Positions 25,701 to 37,700 of a DNA stretch of 64,000 nt are shown here, piece after piece. The position numbers and the translations under genes were made by a program. Below the pieces are notes generated by a model, which was given only the letters and a program-made list of their open reading frames with translations, did not search any database and was not told the origin of the DNA. This stretch comes from Chiloscyllium plagiosum (taxonomy: Eukaryota), in assembly GCF_004010195.1 (NCBI RefSeq), contig NC_057749.1, positions 19,677,946 through 19,741,945 on the forward strand, written 5' to 3'. Within the stretch, counting starts at the first letter, position 1, and each line of letters opens with the position of its first letter.

Positions 25701-28700
25701 TCGACTGTCTGCAGATGATTAGCTAGATGGATTAGCCATGGGAAATGTGAGGTTAGAGAGATAGGGTAGGAGTTGGGTCTGGGTGACATATGCTTCCTTC
25801 TTTTTCTTGACCAAACCCTCAATTTCTCTAGTCCTCCAGCATTCTCTACACCTACCAGCCTTGCCCTTCACCTGAACAGGAGCATGCAGTCTTTGAACTC
25901 TCGTTATCTTATTTTTCAAGGCTTCCCATTTTCCTGCCTTGCCTTTCCTTGCGAATATCCGCCACCGCCCACCAATTAACTTCTGAAAGTTCTTGCCTAA
26001 TACCATCAAAATTGGTCTTCCTCCAATTTAGAAATAACACTTTTAGGTCTGGTCTATCCTTTTCCATCACTATTTTAAAACTCGTAGAATTATTGTCACT
26101 AGCTCTAAAGTGCTCCCCAACTGACACATCAATCACCTACCTTGACTTATTTCCCAAGAGTAGGTCAAGGGTTGCAGGTACATCCGCATACAAAATCAAA
26201 AAATTTTCTTGTACACGCTTAACAAATTCCTCCCCATCTAAACCCTGAACACTATGGCAGTCGCAGTCTCTGTTTGGGAACTGAGATCTTCTTTCACATT
26301 TGTTTCTCAATTTCCTGCTGACCAATGAGGCGGGGGGGGGTCAATAGTACATTCCCAACAAGGTGATCATCTCTTCCTTATTTCTCAGAAATGCCATCTT
26401 TCAAAGGGAATAACAGTTCATACTCAATGAGAAATGGGTGCTGATCGGTTAGCAGTTCAACTCTGCATGGTTATAGCCTTGTCCTGAAAAATGTGCCAAG
26501 AGCAATTGTACTTATCTCATTTGTTTAATTCAAAAATGGCACAATATCCATGGATGTACCTTTTGACTGCAGACAACAGATTCCTGCATATGAGTATGTG
26601 TAGCTTCCAGCATGCATAAGTGAGCCACATTGTGAAATGGACTGATAATCTTAAATTGGTGGTAAGTGTAATTCTTAATACTCTGGATTGTTTTTCCTAC
26701 TTCTAGGACCCAAACCAGCTGATTCGAGCCAGTGCCCTCCGTGTCCTGTCCAGCATCCGTGTCACAATTATCGTCCCCATTATGATGCTGGCAATAAAAG
26801 AGGCTGCATCTGACATGTCACCTTATGTCAGGAAGACAGCTGCCCATGCCATTCCAAAACTCTACAGGTAAAACTTTCACATGATCCCTTGCATTGCCAG
26901 ACAGTGGGAACTCTTGGAAATTTTGTTGTGTCTTTTATTAATAGACATGAAAACATGTGAAAAATCTTAAATATTAGGGTTCTTGCAGACGCACTAGCAA
27001 CTGAGAGTAACTATGTTTTGGAGGAATGCCTTTTGTGTTGTATAATTTCTATGGTTCTGTGGAATGGGTGCCAATATAATTGCAAGAAAATGAGGACTGC
27101 AGATGCTGGAGATCAGAGTCAAAGAGTGTGGTGCTGGAAGAGCACAGCCGGTCAGACTGCATCCAAGGGGCAGAAGAGTCAATGTTTCGAGCATAAGCTC
27201 TTCATTATGCTCGAAACATCTACTCTCCTGCTCCTCAGATGCTGCCTGACTGGCTGTGCTTTCTCAGCACCATACTCTTCAACCCATTATAACTGCACTA
27301 ACCGAAGACTACAGTGAATGTTCAAAAACTTAAATTTCACCAAGAAGAAAATAACTTGCATGACAACACATAATCCAATTAAGAGTTATTAACACAACAG
27401 AGTGTAGTCACTCTGGAGAAGGATATTGACTCTTGAGTAAGCATTGCGTTGTCAATGTATTACCTGGTTTTCAGGTAAAGTGGCTTGAACCAATTATCTC
27501 CCTCGCCTATGGGGAAATTGCATACATCTCGCTTTGTCTTTATCAGTAGCCTGAAAAAAAACCTTTCTGTTTCAGCTTGCCCTGAATTTCACTGAGGAGG
27601 TGATGGCCTTGTGATATTATTGCTAGACTTTTAATCCAGGACCTGGGTTCGAATCCTGCCATAAAACATGGTGGAATTTGAATTCAATAAAAATCTGGAA
27701 TTAAGAGTCTCTGAATTTTCTGTTAATGTTCAAAGACTTACGTTTCACCAAGAAGAAAATAATTTACATGGCCACATTGTGGGGGTCTTTTGTGACCTCG
27801 GGATTTTCCAAAGTGCTTTATTGCCAACAAAATACTTTTGAAGTATTAACTCAATCTTAATGCAGGAAGCAGAATAAGTCAATTTATGTACAACAAGCTC
27901 CTCCAGACAGCGATGGGATAAATGATTTAGAAAGGACATTTTGAAGAATTCCATAGCGTAATGTATAATAAGGCTCACATGATATATTCCTAGTTACTAG
28001 GTTACTAGTAGTTACTAGGTGTTTTCATGCATAATTAACAAAATCAATAATCATTTTTAGAATGTTAAAAATCACACAACACCAGGTTATAGTCCAACAG
28101 GTTTAATTGGAAGCACTAGCTTTTGGAGCAACACTCCGAACCTGATGAAGGAACGGCGCTCTGAAAGCTAGTGCTTCCAATTAAATCTGTTGGACTATAA
28201 CCTGGTGTTGTGTGATTTTTAACTTTGTACACCCCAGTCCAACACCGACATCTCCAAATCATTTTTAGAATGAGCTAGATTAAATTTGTTGATATAATTT
28301 ACTGGTTTACCAATTATCAATTGGTAAATTACCAAAGTAATACTGTCACATCAGTAGAATGTGATATGAAATTGTGGGAAGATCTTCACTGTAAATACAT
28401 GGAAATCTGGGTGCAGTTCAGCATTTGTTAACACCTGTCAATGATTCAGGACCTTTCATTCCCATTGGTGAAGCTTGTTTGTTTGACTTAGGTAGTTCAG
28501 TGTTTTTTTTCCTTACTCTTTCATTGAATGTGGACAATAAAGGAAAGGCCAGCATTGTTCATTCCCAATTTACCTTGAATTGAATTGTTAGGCCATTTCA
28601 GAGGGGAGTGGAGAGTCGATTACTTTGCTGTGGGTCTGGAGTCATGTGTTGGCCAGACTTAGTAAAGAAAGCAGATTTCATTCCTCAAATGCCATTAGTG

Positions 28701-31700
28701 AAACAAATCAGTTTTTATGACTCATTGATATTTCATGGTCATTATTATTGAGACTAGCTTTTTAGTTCCAGATTTATTAATTTAATTTAAATTCCATGAG
28801 CTGTTATGGTAGTGTTTGAATCTGTGTCCCCAGAGCATTTGCCTGGGCTTCTGCATTACTGGTGAAGTGACTTTGCCATTATGCCACCATCTCCGCTTCA
28901 TTCTCTTTTTTTTACTGCTCCACCACTGCCATTTTTTGCTAGTCTAGACCATAGGTGAGTTGTGTCTATCTGCTAATTTCATCAGGAACTCCCTGGGAAC
29001 TTGAACTGTCAGGGCTGCTTGCAAAGACATATTAGATTGACCTTTCCATTTAAATGGGCCTTCAGTGGAGCAGAGAAAGTGGCCACAGGGTAATCATTGC
29101 TCAGTACTAAGTTGATCCTGACTTCGTGCTCCCCTCTGTTTTGTTACAGTTTGGACCAAGATCAGAAAGACCAGTTAATCGAGGTGATTGAGAAGCTGCT
29201 GGCTGACAAAACCACGGTAAGGAAGCAATGCTGAGAAGTTCAGATCCTCATGGTAGGCCAGGAATCTTGTTGTGCTTGGCTATTTATAACCGAACTTAAC
29301 ATCTGTCTTTCCAACAGAACATAAAAGTTTCATAGTCTTCTGGAACACTCACTCAATTGACATATGGAGCTAATTTCTGTGTAACGTTCTGTGTCCTTGA
29401 ATTCAATTTAATAATAAGTTGCTTAAGGAAGGATGTTGGACACAGTTCAAAAAAAGTTCACTTTGTTGATTCCTGGAATGGAAGTATTTTGTCTTATGAG
29501 AAAAAATTTAGCAATTTGGAACCGTGCACACTGGAGTTGAGAAGAATGAGAGGTGATCTTATTGGAAAGCATAAAATTTGGATTGGATATAACAGGTTAG
29601 ATGCTAAGAGTATGTTTCTCTCTGTTGAAGGGGAATGTAAAATGCGGGGAGGGAGGACACAATTCTAGAATAAGGCGTCGTGTATTTCGATAAATAGGAA
29701 TTTCTTCTCTCAAAGGACCATAGCTTTTGGAAATTCTCCCACTGAGCCATGGAGGCTGAGTCATTGAAAATATTCAAGGCTGAGTTAGACAGTTTTCAAT
29801 CAAAAAGGAAGTTGAGTGTTATAGGAGCAGGCTGGAAAGTAAAGCTGAGACCGCAATCAAGTAAGCTATGATTTTATCAAATGGCAGAACAGACCTAAAA
29901 GGCCATATGGTTTACTCCTGCTCCTAATTTGTGTCCTTATTTATTGAATGGCCTCTCCCACCTACTTCAGTGATCTTTCCTAACTGCTAAGCTCTATCAC
30001 CCGAAAAAAGAAAAGTCTGATCCACCCGAAAAAAGTCTGATCCATTTTGATCAGAGTAATAGAAAGGCAACTTTTAGATATGGACAGAAACTTGGGAATG
30101 CTTTTGTGCAGAGGGAGCTAGGTGTCCCTGTGCTATTAAAGTAGCAACCCAGAGAACTTGAGCCCAGTTGTCATGCAAGCTGAGAGTTTGAATTTGGTTT
30201 TAAAACAATATTGTGGAAATGATAAGCAATTGTCAGTTTTTTAAAAAGACTGTGATTCTGTTGTTAAATGCTCCAACTGGTCCCCTGATGCAATTTATGC
30301 TAAAAATGTGATGCCAGCCCCATAGCAACATGCTTGACATGGTAACTACCCTCAATATGACATCTGCAGACTACTCATCTGAATAGGTCTTCTTCAGTGA
30401 AATAGGGATGACCAATAAATGCCAGTCATCTGCAAAAAAAACGGATAAGTCTGATCCATTTTGATCAGAGTAATAGAAAGGCAACTTTTAGGTATGGACA
30501 GAAACTTGGGAATGCTTTTGTGCAGAGGGAGCTAGGTGTCCTTGTGCATGAATTGTAGGAAACTAGTACGAAAGGGTTTGACGTAAGAAAAGAGATTGAG
30601 CTGTTTCAGCTTATACTCTGGAGTTTAGAAGAATGAGAGGAAATCTGCTTGAGGTTTATAAGATACTAAAGAGGATTGACAAAGTAAATGTGTAAAATCT
30701 AGAATGAGAGGCCATAGTTTTAGGGTAAGGAATAACAGATTTAGAACTTACTTTTCTCAAACGATGGTGAATAGACAGATCTGCTATTTAAGAGAGGGTC
30801 TGTTGAAAGTACGCAGTTAGTAAGCTGAGACACAGTCCAAGTCAGTATCTAATTAAGGGAATTTAACATGGGAATTCAGTGCAGAGGGGAAAAGATGCTT
30901 TTTGCTTGCCTTGTTTTGGGTCATAGTTCTCAAGATTCTTTTCAAATAGAATAAATTGAAGCCCAGGATCTGGGCCCAGCACAAAAGAGTGACATCACAG
31001 GTAAACCGTAATGTTCATTGGTTGGTGGTAGCTACTAATTTGACTGTCTATTATAAATTACTTTCAGATTGAAGGTAAATAGAGGAAATCTATACAGGTT
31101 ATAAACTAAAAGATCAGTAAAAAGACGTTTTTAAAAGCAAATTAAAAACTAAATAATTAAGATAGAGAAGCCAGGGCATGTAACTGTGGTTCATAGTTAC
31201 CACATCTGTAGCAAGTGTTGGTTGCTTGAGGAACTCTGGCTCAGAGTTTATGAGCTCATGTCTGACCTTCAGACATGGTGACACATCAGGTAGGGAGAGA
31301 GTTAACCGAGCACTGCGTTTCAGGAGGCAATCCCATCCCTTAGATTAACTACTTTAAGTTTGGTCAGTATTCAGGGACAGGAGGGTGTGACAATGCTGCT
31401 CCTTTAACAAGGTAATATTGTTCTTGGTTTGTTTTCAAAAGGGATTGTAAAAGCAGAGGTGCCAACATGGCAACCAGAGACTACCTAAGTCGACAATCAG
31501 GGGAGGCCTTAGTTTTTTTAAAAACAGGTGTACAATGAAAAGTGAATGGCCAGTTCTCCCAGTTCAGGTATTTTTCTTGTTTAGTTTTAGCAGTTAGAGA
31601 CTGCTGGAGACAGAGAAGCAGCTACTGTGAAAAGAGGTTCCATGCTTCAGCAAATGATCCCTGGCTGATACTCTGTCTCTAATGTCTCTCTTCTAAGAAC

Positions 31701-34700
31701 CTGGGTTTGAATTTACCTTTTTTGCCAAGGGGTATGTTTATGGGGGGTGTTGCAGAAAATTGGAACAGCATCCTTAAGTTGCCGGAGAGTCAGTTGGGTT
31801 TTCAGACAGATTAAGTCCATAACTGATTGGGGGCTCTTTGCGTGATTTATTCTTTAGTTCCAATTTGGGATTAGAGTTGTTGAACTCAAAGGCAGTGAGT
31901 GTAGGTGTTAATGTCTTTTGTTCCAGGTGTTGAATTTGGTTAGTTTAAACAGTGCTCGGAGTAGTAGTGGCTGTTTCAGTCACTACGAGTTTTCTGGGGA
32001 TGGAAGAAGTGACTTTGGTGGCTTTACAAAAGGTGAACAAGGCAAAGCTGCTGGAATTGGCAGACAAGCTGGAATTGGAGTTACCTTTGTCCGTAAGAAA
32101 AGGAGAAATAATTACAGCGATAGCTCAACATTTAAATTTGCTGGAAATGCCATCGGAATCTTTGGAGACCACTAAAATTCAATTGAAAATGAAGCAGAGT
32201 GAGTTAGAGGCAAAAGAAACAGAAAGAGAAAAAAAATGAAACTGTTTGAACTTTGATTAAAAGCAAAGGAAATAGAAAAAGTGAGAAGAAAGGAAGAAAG
32301 AGGAAGTTTGAACTTCATAAGCTGGCACTTAGGCAGGAAGGGCAGCTTAAAAGGATGGAGATGAAGGCTGAAGGGAACCCTAGTGAGGAAGAGAGTGAGG
32401 ATGAGCAAACCCATCATAGCCAAAGGCCTGGTGGGGATCTGTTTAAAGCATTGCCTAAATTTGATGAGAAGGATGTAGTAATCTTTTTCATCTCATCAGA
32501 GAAGGTGGCTAAATAAATGAAATGGCCAATGACCATGTTGGTTTTGTTGATCCAAACAGAACTTACAGATAGAGCTATGAGGTCTTTGCATTACTATCAG
32601 AGAGGTATGTAGGGCATATGAGGAGGTGAAGAAAGCCATTTTAAATGCACATGAGCTTGTGCCAGAAACCTACAGATAATGTTTCAGAAAACTAAGAAGG
32701 GACCCTGGTCAAACCTATATTGAGCTTGAAAGGGTCAAAGTAATTTTGAGAGATGGATAAGTGCATTAAAAATAGAGCAAATCTATGATGCTCTTAGAGA
32801 AACAATTATTTTAGAGGAGTTCAAAAATTCACTTCCTGAGGTAATGCAAACTTGTGTGGAAGAGCAGAGAGTTAAAACAGCAAAGTTAGCAGCTGAAATG
32901 TCTGATGATTGAGTTGGTTGATAAGTCAAAGTTTGGCTTCCAACATTAATTTCAATCCATGAGGGATGGACTTTCGGGAAAAGAGAAATCCTCACATGGT
33001 AAGGGAAAAGTAGATCTCAATAAAGATCATAAGGATAACTTACCACAGGGAAAAAGGAAACCCATGTAGGGGAAAGAGAAGTTAAAAAGCTCCGGTCATA
33101 GAATCATACGGATATATAGCATGGAAACAGACCCATTGGTCCAACTCATCCATGTCTATCAGATATCCCAACCTAATCTATTCCCATATGCCCTTGGCCC
33201 ATATCCCTCGAAACCCTTCCTATTCATATACCCATCCAGATGCCTTTTAAATGCTGTAATTGTACCAGCCTCCACCACCTCCTCTGGCAGCTTATTCCAT
33301 ACACGCACCATACTCTGTGTGAAAAAGTTGCCCCCTTAGGTCCCTTTTATATCTTTCTCCTTTCATCCTAACCCTCAACCTCAAGTTTGGGATACCCCCC
33401 ACCCCAGGGAAAAGACCTTGTCTATTCATCCCATCCATGTCCCTCATGATTTTATAATCCTCGATAACATCACCCCTCAGCCTCTGACGCTCCAGGGAAA
33501 ACAGCCCCGGCCTCTTCAGCCTCTCTCTATAGCTCAAATCCTCCCAGCCTGGTAACATCCTTGTAAATCTTTTCTGAACCCTTTCAACATCCTTCCGATA
33601 GGAAGGAGACCAGAATAGCACACAATATTCCAAAAGTGGCCTAACCAATCTCCTGTACAGCTGCAGCATGACCTCCAACTCCTATACTCAGTCTCTGACC
33701 AATAAAGGAAAACATACTAAATGCCTCCTTCACTATCCTGTCAAACTGAAACCCTACTTTCAAGGAACTACGATCCTGCATTCCAAGGTCTCTTTGTTCA
33801 ACAACACTCCTCAGCACCTTACCATTAAGTGTATAAGTCCTGCTCTGATTTACTTTTCCAAAATGCAGCACCTCGCCTTTGTCTAAATTAAACTCCATCT
33901 GTCACTTCTCAGCCCATTGGCCCATCTGATCAAGCTCTCCTTGTACTCTGAGGTAACTTTCTTCACTGTCCATGACAGTGTCATCTGCAAATTTACTAAC
34001 CATACTTACGATGTTCACATCCAAATCATTTATATAAAAAACGAAAAACAGTGGACCCAATACTGAGCCTTATGGCACTTCACTGGTCACAGATCTCCAG
34101 TCTGAAAAACAACCCTCCAGCACCACCCTCTGTCTTCTACCTTTAAGCCAGTTCTGTATCCAAATGGCTAACCAGTCTCCCATGAGGAACCATGTTGAAC
34201 GCCTTACTGAAGTTCATATAGATCACATCCACCATTCTGCTCTCATCAATCCTCTTTGTTACTTCTTCAAAAAACTCAATCAAGTTCATGAACATGATTT
34301 CCCATGCACAAAGCACAATCAGCCCTTGCCTTTCCAAATACATGTACATCCTGTTCCTCAAGATTCCCTCCAACAACCTGCCCACCACTGATGTCAAGCT
34401 CACTGGTCCATAGTTCCCTTGGTTTTCTTACCCCCTTAATAGTGGCACCATGTTAGCCAACCTCCAGTCTTCTGGCACTTCACCTGTGACTATCAATGAT
34501 ACAAATATCTCAGCAAGGGGCACAGCAATCATTTCCCTAGCTTCCCACAGATTTCTAGCATATACCTGATATGTGGGGATTTATCCACCTTTATGCAGTT
34601 TAGGAATCCAGCACCACCTCTGCAATGAAGACATTTTTAAGATGTCACCATCTATTTCCCCACATTTTATATATTCCATGTCCTTCTCCACAGTAAACAC

Positions 34701-37700
34701 TGATGCAAAATACTTGTTTAATATCTCCCCATCTCCTGCGGTTCCACACGTAGGCTGCCTTGCTGATCGTTGAGGTACCCCATTCTCTCCCTAGATACCC
34801 TTTTGTCTTTAATGTATTTGTAAAATCACTTTGGATTCTCCTTAACCCTATTTGCCAAAGCTATTTCATGTCCCCTTGTTACCCTCCTGATTTCCTTCTT
34901 AAATATACTCCTACTGCCTTTATACTCTTATAAGGATTCACTCAATCTCTCCTGTCTATACCTGACAGATGCTTCCTTCTTTGATTTAACCAAAGCCTCG
35001 ATTTCTCTAGTCATCCAGCTTTCCCTACACATACCAGCCTTTCCTTTCACTTTAACAGGAATAAAGTGTTGCTGGAAAAGCGCAGCAGGTCAGGTAGCAT
35101 CCAAGGAGCAGGAGAATCGACGTTTCAGGCATAAGCCCTTCTTCAGCCCTTGAAGAAGGGCTTAAGCCCGAAACGTCGATTCTCCTGCTCCTTGGATGCT
35201 GCCTGACCTGCTGCGCTTTTCCAGCAACACATTTTTCAGCTCTGATCTCCAGCATCTGCAGTCCTCACTTTCTCCTAACAGGAATATACTGACTCTGGAC
35301 TCTTGTTACTTCATTTTTGAAGGCTTACCATTTTTCAGCCGTCCCTTTACCTGTGAACATCTGCCCCGGTCTGCATTTGAAAGCTCTTGCCCTCCAGAAC
35401 TAGAGGGCATAGGTCTAGGGTGAGAAGGGAAAGATATAAAAGAGACCTAAGGGGCAACTTTTTCACACAGAGGGTGGTTTGGGTATGGAATGAGCTGCCA
35501 GAGGATGTGGTGGAGGCTGGTACAATTGCAACATTTAAGAGGCATTTGGATGGGTATATGAATAGGAAGGGTTGGAGGGATATGGGCCAGGTGCTGGCAG
35601 ATGGGGCTAGATTGGGTTGAGATATCTGGTCAGCATGGACGGGTTGGACCAAAGGGTCTGTTTCCATGCTGTACATCTCTATGACTCTAATACAGTCAAA
35701 ATTGGCCTTCCACCTATTTAGAACTTAAATTTTACATCCGGTCTATACTTTTCATCACTATTATTAAAACTAATAGTATTATGGTTGTTCGCCCCAAAGT
35801 GCTCCCCCACTGACACCTCAGTCACTTGCCCTGCCTTATTTCCCAAGAGTAGGTCAAGTTTTGCACCTCCTGTAGTAGGTACATCCAAATACTGAATCAG
35901 AAAATTTTTCTTATGCACTCTTAACAAATTCCTCTCCCTCTAAACCCTTAACAATATGGCAGTCCCAGTCTATGTTTGGAAAGTCAAAGGTCTGTACCAT
36001 AACTACCGTATTATTCTTACAGATAACTGAAATCTCCTTACAAATTTGTTTCTCAATTTCCCACTGACTATTAGAGGGTTTATAATACAATCCCAATAAG
36101 GTGGTCATCCTTTTCTTATTTCTCAGTTCCACCCAAATAACTTCCCTGGATGTATTCCCAGATGTATGGGTGGCAGGGTGGCACAGTGGTTAGCACTGCT
36201 GCCTCACAGCGCCAGAGACCTGGGTTCAATTCCCACCTCAGGCGACTCTCTGTGTGGAGTTTGCACATTCTCCCCGTGACTGCGTGGGTTTCCTCCGGGT
36301 GCTCCGGTTTCCTCCCACAGTCCGAAAATGTGCAGGTCAGGTGGATTGGTCATGCTAAATTGCCCATAGTGTTAGGTGTAGGAGAATGGGTCTGGGTGGG
36401 TTGCACTTCAGCGAGTCGGTGTGGACTTGTTGGGCCGAAGGGCCTGTTTCCACACTGTAAGTAATCTAATCTAATATATCCTCCCTAAGTACAGAGGTAA
36501 TGCTCTCCCTTATCAAAAACATCACTGCCCCTTCTCCCTTTCTATCTTTCTTTTGCATTTGTATCCTGGAATATTAAGCTGCCAGTCCTGTCCATTCCTG
36601 AGCCATGTTTCTGTACTTGCTATGATATCCCAGTCCCATGTTCCTAACCATACTCAGAGTTTATCTGCTTTCCCTGTTAGGCCTCTTGCAATAAAGTAAA
36701 TGCAGTTTAATTTATCAGTCCTACCTTGTTCTCTGCTTTGTTGCTGCCTGCTCTGACTGTTTGACTTGCTCCTCTTCCCAACTATACCAGTCTCAGATTG
36801 ATGTCTTGCCTCATTATTTCCCTGCTCCCCCACCCCCCGCACCACCTTACTGGTTTAAATCCTCCCAAGCAGCTCTAGCAAATCTCCCTGCCCGTATATT
36901 AGTCCCCTTCCAAATCAGGTGTAATCCGTCTTTCTAGATACAGGTCACTTCTACCCCAGAAGAGATTCCAATGATCCAAAAATGTGAACCATTCTCCCCT
37001 GCACCAGCTCCTCAGCCATGCATTAATCTGCTCTATCCTCCTATTCCGACCCTCACTAGCTCATAGCACCAGGAGTAATACAGATATTACTACCGTCTAG
37101 GATCTCCTTTTTAAATTCCTGCCTAACTTTCTATATTCTCCCTTCAGAATCTCATTCTTTTCCTGTTTGTTTCACTGCAATAAAGTAAGCCACATGAAAT
37201 CACAGTGTTGGTGGGTGAGGAAAAGCACTTGGAAGACAGATGTAAGGAAACAGGATAAGCCAGTGAATTTTGTTGGAGTGGTAACGCAAAGCACAGTGGA
37301 GGCAAGAAAGTTGCAGCAGAATGTACAACCTGGTCGGAGGTTGGTTAAGCAGTAAGTGAATGATCTTCTTAAACCATTTATTTGCGAAGGTAAAGTTTAT
37401 TCACAGGCCAGGAGCAGCAGGTAAAGAGGTTACAATATTAAGAGATGTAGGATCCTCTCAATCTTTAATGTTGAAAGATGAGGAGCTATGTACCTCCAAA
37501 GGAGTATTGCCAGAAAAAATGCTAGTAACTGAAATTTATGGTGAGATAAGGAGTGCTCAGTTATGTAGAGTGAGTTTAGATTGTCCAGTGAAAAGTGGAA
37601 AAGTGCTGGTGGGGGACTGGAAAAACTCTCAGCTCCAGGAATACAATTTGTCCTCGTTAATGATATAGCTGGTGCACAGGAGGGAGTGCTGTCAACTATG

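Larger units (their letters stand above)
33097..37165 (-). mobile_element. Long CR1 LINE (ORF1 3' part, APE, RT, 3' tail) inserted in Gypsy gag; itself hosts three later insertions
   Basis: Minus-strand ORFs 33292..33678, 33641..33898, 34143..34403, 35718..35927, 35911..36132 and 36654..36845 ([12 protein letters not shown]) occur in colinear CR1 order. Confidence 0.92.
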
